From contig OZ287703.1 of the NCBI GenBank assembly GCA_965649825.1, forward strand, positions 1 through 64,000: 64,000 bases of DNA, read 5' to 3'. The stretch is from Penicillus capitatus. Lineage: Eukaryota > Plantae > Chlorophyta. Within the stretch, counting starts at the first letter, position 1. The number at the start of each line of letters is the position of its first letter. The notes under the pieces were generated by a model. That model had not been told where the DNA came from. It made no database searches and saw nothing but the letters and a program-made list of their open reading frames with translations. The translations under genes were made by a program, and so were the position numbers. Of the stretch, positions 25,989 to 37,813 are shown piece by piece.

Positions 25989-27210
25989 TTTTCTCCTCGA
26001 CGTCACCTCATGCGAACTGTCCGTGCACCGCAGAAGAAATGGGAAGAAATGGAGTCCGACGTCACATCAGAAGCTCCTCTGTCGACGACAGATCGTCAGT
26101 CTGAAGTTATTCCAGTCTAAGAAACGTCGTCCTGTAGACCGACGACATTACCGTCGAAGAAGCGGCGAGCGAGGTTTCCAAGAATCCGAAGAACCGAGAA
26201 TCGCCCAGTCGCGCAATCCGTTCGCAGAGAAGGTTTACCGTACTCCTGAGCACTCGGCGCCGGTTGCCTTTCCGTTCGACTGATGGAGTGAAACAGGGCG
26301 ACTGCAGGATAGTGTTGTCGGCCTCCTATCCAGAGCAGCGCAAAAGCGACAGCGCGTTTCAAGCCGTCCAGTAAACGCGTGAACGCGAGAGAGCGAAGTG
26401 GATCACTGAAGAGGTTTTCGATATGCAAAGGTCGCGTCATCATCCTCGCTGTCCTGACGCTATTCTGAGACGACAGAATTCTAGTCCGTAGATGTCATGT
26501 ACTTGTCCCTCGATGACAGTGCCGCAGATTCGCTCCGCTGTTTGGAAAGTTTCGCGAGTCGCCGTCCGTGTCTTCGTCACGCGTCGAAAGATCACACGAT
26601 CGATTAACACTCCTGCCATTTTCAGACATCGCCGCCGGTGACATGCTGAGAATCGGAGGGTGTCAGCGTTAGCGTTTCATTCGAACTGTCCAGCACTGGA
26701 TGTCATCCGTGGAACTCTCTTTTTGGCGACGCGTCTCGAACACATATCTCTCCGTAGGGAAAAGGCAGACAGCTTGCAGAATCTCTGTCTTCACGGACAG
26801 GTCCAGGAAGCAATGGAAATCTCTTCTCGGCAAGATGGCATTCCCGCAATGGTAACACAAGTGAACCGACGATGCTTTCTGCCGGGGCGCAGTTTATCGA
26901 CTGGTCCATCAGGAGCGTCTTGTACGAATAGGTCCGAAGAACGACAGGCGTTAAGATCAGCAGGGCAATCGGAACGCTAGATAACAATACGCGTCGATAA
27001 GCACATGGTTGCTAATGAACTTCGAATACAACGGAGTTCGACCAAACAGATCTTAGGGGCAACTGGGATGTGCCTGATGGTCTTTAATGCAATCCTTCAG
27101 TCCCTCACTCATGACCCTCTGTCTTAAGCTTGCTCTGAAAACTGATATGACGATCGGATACCAACTTGGACAGACGACACGTTAAGAGACGATTTCTGGA
27201 GGAGATGGAT

Positions 27211-28980
27211 TTATTCGTAAGCTGAGGTCCTCCTTCCAGACAGCGAGAACTCTCGAAGACACGGAAACATCTGCCACACCTCTCTGCGCGCACTGAGGTC
27301 AGTGTTTGCAAGAGGCAGATTCAGTTCTCTGAGCTTCGGCAAACGCATTTGCGGCAATCCAACTCTACTGTTGAAACGGCTCTCGATACACGAAATCTTC
27401 AGCACCTCCAGGTTTGACAGAAGACTCAGCCGCGGGCAAACGGTGTAGGGATCCACGACACTGAGACGATTGACTAGGCAGAGCTTTGTCAGTCCTGTCA
27501 TATCTGCCAGAGCGTCGACAAACAAATCGTCCACGCGGACATTCCTCGTCTCCAGATCCTTCAGTCCACTGAGTTGTCTGGAAAACTGGGAAGGCGTCGC
27601 GCAGTTGGGATGAAAAAGACGCAGCTCGTCGCTGCTCTTGATCGACAAGGAGGTGAGATTGGTCAGTGATGCGAGACATATCAAGTATTCGTTCGCGTTA
27701 AGCGAGGCTCCCACAAGACTCATAGTGTATCCGAGATGGAGGTCGACGATGCCCGTTGGAAGACGAAGAGAGTAGCTCCTCGATATCGGATCCAAATACA
27801 GCTCAGTGAGTTGCGTCAGGATTGTGAGACGTTCCGTGATCTCGGGTAAAATCGCTCGATGCTTGTCTCTGAGTGTGAGCGATCGGATCCCGGCGAACGA
27901 GGACATGCATTCCGCAAATGCTCGCAGTCCTCCGTGGCCCAGTTTGTAAAAATCCACCTTCGTCAGATGACGCACTTCCATAAGGCCTTCGAAAAAAATG
28001 TCTTCTCCTCGGAAAAAATGGTGAACCGAGAGGCTTGACAGACACGCGAACATTCTCCAAAACGACCGCCCACGCGTCGACAGAGGTTCGAACCACCACC
28101 ACGAACAAACGTCCAGCTCCTGTAGGGTCACGGCATACGGCAAGATGCACTACAACAAAAAACTTAAGGAGAGATCCAATGCGATTCCGAATTCTCACAC
28201 CTGCAAGTCGATTGTAAACGGTGTGTGTATTCCGAGAGAACCGCCAGCGATGTAGAGGGACGTAAGCCTTGTCAGCGAAGGGAAAAGGAGCTCGCCGCGT
28301 TTGTTGACGATCAACTGAACAGCAATCTTCAGCTCTCTGAGCCCGCGGATCTCCGTAACGGGCTCCAGATCTGTCTGCTCAGAACAGTAAACGGCGAGAC
28401 ACAGCGACTCCAGGTTCGTCAGACGACGCAATGCCTGGACGACGTCGCCCAAGACGTCTTTCTCCATCCATAAGGAGAGAGACTGGAGACGATCCATCAT
28501 CGGGAGGCATGTTACCAGGCTGCCCGCTTTCTCTAGCTTGGTGTAGGACAGATGCAGATGCTGCAGATTCTTTAGGCGCGACAGCTGCGGAATGACTTGC
28601 CCTTCGACAGTGTTCTCGCCGCCAGAGACCCTCTCCAACTTTAGCGACACGGCCTTCGGGAACAAGGAGACTACTCTCTGCAGCTGGTCCGGATGAATAC
28701 CGCGGAGTTCTACCGGCAGCTTCCCGCAGGCGTCTCTCCAACGACGGCACACACGGCGGCATTCATGGAGTCCATCCTCCATGACGCATGTTAGCGTTTT
28801 GAGCAGCAAATCCTCGTGCTCGTCCAGGAGAACGCCAAGGGTCCTCTCCGAGTCGGCTGCTGTCACAGACGGACTCGCGACGCTGTGCTGTGCACCGTCT
28901 GAGCTGGCGGACGCGTCAGACTTCGATAAGCGTCTGCTCTCCGTGCGTTGATAAATCTCTTTCGAATGTACGCACCCCAT
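27211..28980 (-). CDS. FBL4: F-box/LRR protein starting MGCVHSK
   Basis: F-box LLDEHEDLLLKTLTCVMEDGLHECRRVCRRW; ORFs 28195-29124 and 27211-28143 joined by a short intron. Confidence 0.85.
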
Positions 28981-30414
28981 CGGAACATGGGCGAAGTTTC
29001 TTCCAGAAACGCGGTGTAAAGCCGTGACAGACTTGCGTCGATTGAACTTCGCGCTTATTCGTTGAATCGTTGTTAGGTGTACGAAGTTCACGCGAATTTC
29101 GTTGCGCATTACGATCGTCGCCACTGTACTGCGTCATCACTCATGCCTTCGATTCTCTCAGGCATTGAATACTCAATCGGAACACAACCTTAACACCCCG
29201 AACAGCAGCAGCTCTGCGAAATGACATCGTTTTCTTTGTCCTTAGTTAGACGCGTATACTCTTCTTTGAGCGTTTAGAACAAATATAGTCCCTTACTAAG
29301 CCGTGCACTGACTGAGACGAACAAATGGGAAATGCGCACCAGTATTGCACAACTGACAACGAAATCAGATCCCAAACGTCACACGCGCAAAGTGGCAGAT
29401 GTCTTAATCGGAAGAGAAACGACGGAGAGACGGAAATCTGGAGAACAGGTAGTTCTTCTGGCTATCGTCCAACTTGCAGCGGGGCAATTCCAGCACCTGG
29501 AGCCTGCTCAGTTGAACTCCAGACAGATTCTCAAGCACGCGACTTTGGTATGGATCAAGGACGTACAGGCGCAGAAACAACAGGTTCTGGAGGCAGTTGG
29601 CCTCGGCATGAAAACGGACCGAATGAGCAGCATCTGTGTTCTCCTGAACCCACAATCGAAGCGCCGTCAAGTGTTCTAAAGAGGCCAGAACTTCGAAAAA
29701 AATCAGATCGACATCCACTCCGTCAGGCTGAGTGATCGCAAACCTTCCATGCGAACGAACATGCAACTTGGGATGTAAAACGCACAGAGGTAGTTATGAA
29801 TTTCCAGAGATTCCAGACGCGGCATGATCTCTGCCATTTGTAGCAGTTGCTTTGGTGTCATCGGATAAAAAATGTGAACAGTGAGATGCGTCATCGTCTC
29901 CGATAATGGCAATCGGTACGCAGGTATGCGAAAATCAAAAGAAAGCCTCCTTAAGTGCACGAACCTATTAGTGGCGGCCTCGATCCAGCGCCACACGAAG
30001 TTGGCTCGCCAGTGAAACAGTCGGAACTCAAACGACGTGAGTCGTGTCAACGAGCAGTGGAAAATCGGTGACGGTGTATCAATCAAGAACGACATTCTGA
30101 CGATGGACAGATCGGCCAGCAAAGGCATGGCGCCAAGTGCAGAGCAAAAACAAGTATCTCCGATGCTCACGTCCTTCAGATGAAGCGTCCTCAGATGGGA
30201 GAATGCTGCTAAACTCTTCCCATCTTTAAGCTCCAGATTTCGAGTGATCACTCCTGTTACAGTCAAGTGATGCAATGTCGATGCGTACGGACGCATGATC
30301 TACACAAAAACTAGAAATGGCTCCAGTATTCGGACGATAAGGTGATACCTGCAACAGAGGAACGTCGAAGTGAACAAGTTCGTAGTTTAGCGGGATAGAG
30401 TAACGGGTGCATAG

Positions 30415-30663
30415 TGTCGTGATGATGAAGAGCTGAAGGATGATGGTCCAATAAATGCCTCATCATCGTAAGAGGCACTGATGGCCAAACAGCTCATAAT
30501 GGCCACGTCACATCAGAACCTACCCAGAACCTACCCAGAACCTACCCGGCACCTATTCAGCACCTATGAAACCCAACACTATAAAAAGGGGATTATTGTT
30601 ACATTGATTATCTTTGTAAGAAACTTTGTTGCGTCTACCACCGTCACGTACTTGCCCATGTCA
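30415..30663 (+). repeat. Gypsy-2 5' LTR (contains an 11-bp CAGAACCTACC tandem repeat)
   Basis: Direct repeat of 34661-34909. Confidence 0.93.
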
Positions 30664-33600
30664 ATTGGTTTCGGAGCGGCGACTTTCGAAGATGGACTGT
30701 GAGGAGTTCACGTCCCTTCTCAACTCGGCAGCCTTCGTCGAGGACGATTACCGCCCTCGCATCAAGTACGTGGTTCAGAGGGTGGAGCCCAGATCGCCTG
30801 CCTTCGATCTGATACAGCGGGTCCTCGACCGAGTCGGACCGCGCTTTCGAACGCAGGCAGCATTCAATGAGGCCTTTTGCCGGACCCGCGGCCATAGTTT
30901 GCACTATTTTTGCCGACGAGGTTCTGCGCCTCAAAACTGAGGACATGACCACTGTCCTCAGGAACGCTAGCTTCTGGGAGTCGAGCATGTTGACGCGAAC
31001 GGACGCAGATCATGATCCTATTGACCCCGATGTGGCGACGACGCCATTGGTCAACGTTGCCGCCGACGGAAGAGTGATTGGCGACGACGGCTCGATCAAC
31101 TTTTCAGCGATCTCTAACGCTGGAAGAATCATGATCGGAGCCAGGGACATCTGCAGAACCTCCAGACGAGAGGCGCTCAACATGCTGAAGTTCTTACAAA
31201 AGATCAACAATTCGAGCAATGCATCGACAAGGCCACGAAGAGCAGCAGGCCAGTCGAGGAATGGAATGGGCGTCGTGCCTTCGCCGCAGAGAAGTCTCTG
31301 CCGAAAGGAAACGAAGCACACGTCTGCGAGACCATCAGCGAGACAGAAGAAGACCCAACGGAACAGGATGTGCAGTTCGCACACACCGTTAGAGCGGTCA
31401 CCAAGACCAGGAGAGTTTAAAACTTGGTCTCATCTCCCCGAGCCATTTGGGGTATCCACGCCATATTAACGCTTTAGTTGATTTTGGCGCCGAGTCCTCC
31501 ATTGTATCCCCGGCACGAGCGAAAGAACTGGGAGTGAAGGTCAGGCCAGACGAGACCCGTCTGCTGTTGGCCCATGGAGATACCGCGAAGGTCACCGGAC
31601 GATGCGACTTCCAGGCAGCCCTGGCGCAATCCTCCGACCAACAATTCTCCATGAGTTGCCTCGTACTACCGAGGTACGGCTACCATCTACTACTGTGCAT
31701 GCGCGCGATGATCGACAGTAAGATCTCCGCGCATCCCCACGACAGATCTATCAGCATCAGAGGCGACAGGTCAAATGCCACTTCACAGGACCGAAAGCCG
31801 ACAAAAGGGCGGCCAATGAGATCGCGCATGAGAAGATATGCCGCTGCACCGAAAAAGTCGATCATCTACCGAGAATCACCGAAGAACGGCTGCAGGTGCC
31901 GTTGAACCGGTCAATCGTGCTCGGACCACGAGAGAGCAGGATGCTCAGACGCCGAACGTGCTCCCCGGCGCACTCGTGTACAAGAGGGTTCCGACCGTGG
32001 CACCGCGATACTCGGTACACCTCGGTGTGCAGTACCACACGTTCTCAACGCTCGCCAACCATGCCGCGGAACCAGTGAAGATAACTGGAAGAACGACGAT
32101 CTTGGACGTGCCCACAAGACAAGACGTCGAGTATACCGCGTGCGATTGCAACGGAAACCCACATCCGTTGAGAAGCAACAGACCACCTTTTCCCCAACGG
32201 CAGTACGCTTGCAGTCAGGTATACTGTCGCAGAAGCCTAAAATTGGCTGCTGCAGTCTCGAACAGCTGCTGGCCCGATTCCCAGACGTACTTTGTGAAAA
32301 ATTGGACGTTCTTCGGGATGGGAGGTCGGCATCCGCGACGTACAAGGGCAACTACATTCGGTCTTTACCAAAGTTCCCTACACGTTCGCTGCTGAACCGA
32401 CGGCATGCAGAAACGAGATCGACGCACTCATCGAAGCCGGAGTCGTCAGCCGATTTCACGGAAAACCGAAGCACATCATCCCTTGGTTTTCTGTTCCGAA
32501 GAAGAACTCGCTCGAGCGGCGAGTAGTGCTAGACTTTCGCGGACTCAACACGCTGACCACAAGGAGTCCCGCGCTGCCCATGCATCGAGAAGGCGCAGTT
32601 CAGAACCTGTCCGGGATGCGCCACTACGCGCAGTTTGATTTCCGACACGGATTCTAGCAGATACCTCTGGCACATGGCCTCCAGCCGTATTTCGTCACCG
32701 TGTCCGACCGAAAGCCCTACGCCTTCACACGGCTTCCGATGGGTTGGATCAACTCAATGGCTTTCTTCGACCAAGATGTTCAAGAAACCATAGCGGAAGC
32801 ACGAGACCAGTTGAAGCAGCAGAAGACTCGAACGGCAATCGAGAGCTATGCCGACGACGTCTGCGTAGGAGCACGGACACAAGAAGATCTCGAGAGAGCA
32901 GTTCTCCAACTGCTGACGGTCTATGACAAATACCGGTGGACGGCATCTCCGAAGAAGTGCCAGGACGGTGTTAACGAGGTCGAGCTCCTCGGACACCGCT
33001 TCACGCCCGAAGGCGTTTTGCCCCCCAAAGCACGCTGCAGCAGTTGCCCCCTGCAGCGCCGCATCAACGAAGACCGCAATCCGATCGTTTTCAGGACTCC
33101 TTCGCACCTTGCTGGACTATTGCAAGTGCGACCTCCGCCGCAGCTTAGCGGCCCCGCTGCAGCAGTCGCTCAATGCAGCGCAGCCTCAAACGAAGACCCC
33201 AGTCCGTTCGTTTTCGGGACTCTTTCGCACGTTGCTGAACTCTTGCAAGTGCGACCGCCGCAGCTTAGCGGCCCTGTCGAAACTCACGAACGCCAATACC
33301 AAAGTCATCCAACGATACTGGGCGGAGGATCCCAACCGCTGGGCCACCCTCCTCCGCTCTCTCAACCGCATCTGGATGGCTTTGGGTACGCGTTGTTCGA
33401 CAGTGACTCTAAACGTCTCCTCCGCCTTCGAGCTGGCGGATTCCAACGTGAACCGTTCCGATCCAGTGGCAACGCTGAGCTACTCGGAATGAAAGAGGCG
33501 CTGAAGAAACAGGCACCTGCTCATGGGCAAACATCTCACCATCTTCACTGACGCCACCGTTGTCAAACAAGCGAGTCGAAGCAGCGAGCAGAGCTTCCTC

Positions 33601-34660
33601 GTGCAGTGTCATCTAGACACCCTCAACCTCTCTGCAGGAAAGGACCAACGACGACCGAAGCTCCCGCGCTTGCGGCCACCGCACACCACAACTGCTGGCC
33701 AGTGTGGTACCTGCAGATGGAAAACTATCTGAAGACAGGTCGATGTCCCGATGACGCCAACCCCCAGTGCCAACACTTTGCCCGCCACGATTCGCCCGTC
33801 GCGCAGTCATTGAATACGTGGCAACCTATGAGGCAGTGCGTAGGCATGGACGTCATCGACCCCATGAAGCCTGACGGCTCCTCAAACTATATCATCGCCG
33901 CAGTGAACCTCTGCGCACGATTTTGTCTTCTCTCGGCATCCTCGCAAGCCAAAGCGACATCCACCATCAGACTGCTCGAGCGCTGGACAGCCCTTTTCGG
34001 CAACCCCGAGTGTCTGCAGACAGACAACGATTCAGCGCTCGTAGGCAATCAGTTATCCAATTGGATGTCGGCCCGAGGAATTCAACGCCGCACCATCCCG
34101 TGATCGCACCATCCTGTGATCGCACCATCCTGTGATCCCAATGCATAGGGACCTCCGAGCGTCTCAGCCGAGACGTCATCCGCCGTCCACACTGCCTTCA
34201 AAACTCAAGGCAAATGGACATCAGCTCTTCCCCAGATTCAGGCACTGCTAAACGCGCTTCCGAACTCGGTGACCAAACTCAGCGCCGCACAGACCGCTTT
34301 CGGTTCTCAACCTCGCACGCACTTCATTCCCGCGCCACTCACTTTCACCGCGCCCTTCTTGCACCTCGTTGGACCGCCATCGATCACCAGATGCAGCACC
34401 AGCAACCACACCAACAACTGTCCCACTCTCACCGTTGCTCCGACATCCTAGTCGGCTCCCTCGTGCTGCTTTTTGACAATCAACACGCGCAGACGCACGG
34501 CAACCAGCTTCCTCCGCAGTGGCTCGGACCGTAGACGATTCACGATACATTTTCTTCCTAACGTTACCGTTTCGTTTCTTCTTCTTCCAAGAAACCCTTT
34601 CTCGCACATCGCGATCATCTACGACGTTTTTTCAATCGGAGTTCAGCGCAGGGAAGCGAT

Positions 34661-34909
34661 TGTCGTGATGATGAAGAGCTGAAGGATGATGGTCCAATAA
34701 ATGCCTCATCATCGTAAGAGGCACTGATGGCCAAACAGCTCATAATGGCCACGTCACATCAGAACCTACCCAGAACCTACCCAGAACCTACCCGGCACCT
34801 ATTCAGCACCTATGAAACCCAACACTATAAAAAGGGGATTATTGTTACATTGATTATCTTTGTAAGAAACTTTGTTGCGTCTACCACCGTCACGTACTTG
34901 CCCATGTCA
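34661..34909 (+). repeat. Gypsy-2 3' LTR
   Basis: Direct repeat of 30415-30663, preceded by the purine tract GCAGGGAAGCG. Confidence 0.93.
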
Positions 34910-37813
34910 ATAGGACGTCGAGTCTTGTCAGCTGTGTTGAAGCTGCGAAGATCAACTGTCCGTTCTCCTTTGCAAGGAAAGGAAGAGTGGCAGTCAAGGA
35001 TTTTAGATTCCGAATCTCGGTGATGAGATTCGTATCCTGAACGTCTCCTGGTTCTCCTGTAATTCTCAACTCAGTCAGCCCCGTCAAGAACTTCAAGAAG
35101 ACCAGAAAATCGGAACAAGTAAAACGATTGGTCAGTCTAACGGACAATGACACTAATACTGCCAGGATTCTGAGCCTGGTTCAAGTTGGTTGAGGAGAAG
35201 AGGCCACTGTACAGATCTCCCGATGCCGAGATGTCTGAGGTTCCTCAACGAAGACATACAAGACCCAAGCAACGTTTCCACGAAGCCGCCGTCTTCGTCC
35301 GCTATCTTCTCCACCTCGAGCGAAACCGTGGAGTTTGGAAATGTGTCTGTGAACGCAGGTATGTTGTCATCCAAGGAGAGCTTGAGTTTCACGGGGAGCT
35401 GGTTACAAACTTCGCACCACATGCGACAGACGCGACGGCATTCGTGGAGTCCGCTGTCGACAAGGTGAACGAGAATCTTCGACAGGAAGTATCTCTGCGA
35501 CAGGAGGTCTGCTATTCCCTCGTCAGCGGACATCTCCGTGACGGACACGGTCAGCGGAACAAGAAACGAGATGACCCTTAGAGACGGCGAGAACTGAAAA
35601 GACCAATGCTGCACTACGGCAACCCGTCTGTCTGTGCGTTAGATTCGACTGCCGCGTTGTCGATGACATGACTTCGTTGCATCCGAAGGAGGATTTCTCA
35701 GTCGTGTCTCCTTTTCTGCGAGTCGAGTGACGAACACAAGCGAAATGCATGTGCTGCGCAAACAAACCCAAAGCTTGTGTCTGATTCAAGTGACAACGGT
35801 GTATCCAGAGCTTCAGACATGCGTCGTTCACGGGATGATCATGGAAACTGGACGGAGATGGTGTCTTCAGCCATCGTCTTGATAAGAGCTTCAGCATACC
35901 GGCCAGACGTGAGTGGACAATGAAATGACAGCGGCCGGCTCGAGAGAGAACTGAGTCTCGGAGTGGCGAAGGGCGAGAACTGAAGCTGGACTCCCGGAGC
36001 GCGACTGCTGATAGAACTCGGCCGTTGAAGACTTTTCGCGGTCCGCGATTGGCCGAGGGATGATTCTGAAACCTCCTCTCTGAGATTAAACCGAGTTCGT
36101 CTTGTCTCTCTACCAACACAATTCGACATTTTGCCGCTTGTCGAACCCATCTTATTCGAGAAGAGGGAACGAATTGTCGAGTCTGCTTCACGCTGGTCGA
36201 CCGGTGGCAAACGTGTCACGCTTGCTACGCGTGGCCGCGGTTGCAGTACATGAACCTCCTACCAGCGCACGATCGGTTTGACCGAATCGTCTGGCGACGA
36301 CGCGTATTGGCTGCTCCACGCGGCCACTTGAGGACCTCGACGTTGGCTGTCTGGACATCCAGTATCAGTCTAGACTAGTTGAGTGGCGCGACCGGCATTG
36401 TGTAAAAACTGGAACTTGATGAAGCGTTCGACCTTTTCCCTGGTTCTGGCTCTGAAGGAACGGCAAAGACGTTGCCGAATCGGAAAGAGATCACAGCAGG
36501 GTGGCGGCTGGTACGAGTATCGTGTTGGATGCGTCTGCAATGTATGGATCGACGCGGCGACGCTTGACAATTGCAGTGCTGCGAACAAAAGATGATAGAT
36601 ACCCTTTAACCCAAAACAATGGACTTGAAAAATAAAGCCACGAAGAACTGAAACAATGATAATTAAGCAAGCATGCCCCTATGTCTGTCCCATGGACCAA
36701 TCTGTCATCAAGATTATGCGTGTCTCGAAGAAGAAGTGTATCGATGGTTACGATACGCGTCGTTTGGTGTTTCGGAACGGGAGGTTTCGGCAGTTCGATG
36801 CGAGAACGAATGACGAGGATAAGGAGCAAAGGTAGACAGAGTTGCGTAGCGAGCTCCGTGACGTGACATTCGCCTACTGTGACGTGACGTCGACGCGGAT
36901 ATCAGTTTGTTTCTCCCGTTTACTGACCACCTGGCACATCTTCTCACTCTTTATAAAAGGGAGGTATCACACGGCGATGAATGCAGTGTTATGATCGTGC
37001 TCTTCGCAACTGCAAGCTAGTTTTGCGTTTGGTTCCTTCCTGGGAAGCCCTTTCCTAGTTATCACCCTGCTGTCTTAAGGACAGAACTTGCCGAGCCTGA
37101 TTGCCTTTGCCAAGTTGCACTCCTCCAGGCCTTCGTCATCTCATCTATTCTTTTATTTGTGGAGTTTTGAGCGGATGCGAGTTTCTGCTCATCGCATCAA
37201 TGCCGAGAATTTTAACGATGGCAGGCATTTGGCGCTGTGTTGTTTTGAAATGGCCCAGAATCTGGTGCATGGAAAACAGAGCAGTCAGTTTTGTGAGCAG
37301 AAACACTCTTCCCTTTGCAACATCGTTTAGTCTGTGTAAGGGACTCTTTATATCTCTTGTCTGATCTGCGCTCGACGGACAGAGGACATCGGAAGCTCTC
37401 ATCACCGTAATGCGTTGCCTCGCTTACTGAGTGAGAAATTGACTGACCTCCAGTGTCTTGTGTTCTTCAGGAAGTCAAGAATGCTTATCAGATGAACCGG
37501 GTTGACTTCAGAACTTGAATCGTGCGAACATGGACCTCTTATCATCATTGCAGTCTATCAGGGAGAGAACCCTAACACAGCACAGCACAGCAGAGGATGC
37601 AGATGACAGGTGGCTGGCAGGCGAAGACGCATCGTGTGGCACAGACATGTCTTACGATGCAGTTACGTAATGGCCTTTTGCAGTCGGTGGGTCCATCTTG
37701 GTACGATGCGCATGCATAAAAGGCCAGTCGCACCGTCCATTCGTCCATTTCACGTTTCGACTGCAGCCAGCACTGCACTCTTCTACCGTCTGTCAGCGCG
37801 CCGCACTCGGAAG

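Larger units (their letters stand above)
30415..34909 (+). mobile_element. Gypsy-2: decayed Ty3/Gypsy element with identical LTRs
   Basis: 249-bp TG...CA LTRs at 30415-30663 and 34661-34909; 4-bp TSD ATAG; PBS TGGTTTCGGAGCG at 30666-30678. Fragmented PR (LVDFGAES), RT (SYADD), RH and IN (GMDVID, QTDND) pieces with stops and frameshifts. Confidence 0.9.
29404..35533 (-). pseudogene. FBL5: F-box/LRR pseudogene (Gypsy-2 insertion plus two frameshifts)
   Basis: LLSQRYFLSKILVHLVDSGLHECRRVCRMW. There is a 1-nt deletion near 35160 relative to paralogue FBL8, an insertion at 30415-34909, and a frame change near 29720 (LRSLSL then GVDVDLIFF in another frame). Confidence 0.85.

Noticed and set aside
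36240-37400. ORFs conserved between 36.2-37.4 kb and 58.1-59.2 kb
   Set aside because: Conservation reflects the recent inverted duplication, and the copies differ by frame-breaking indels.
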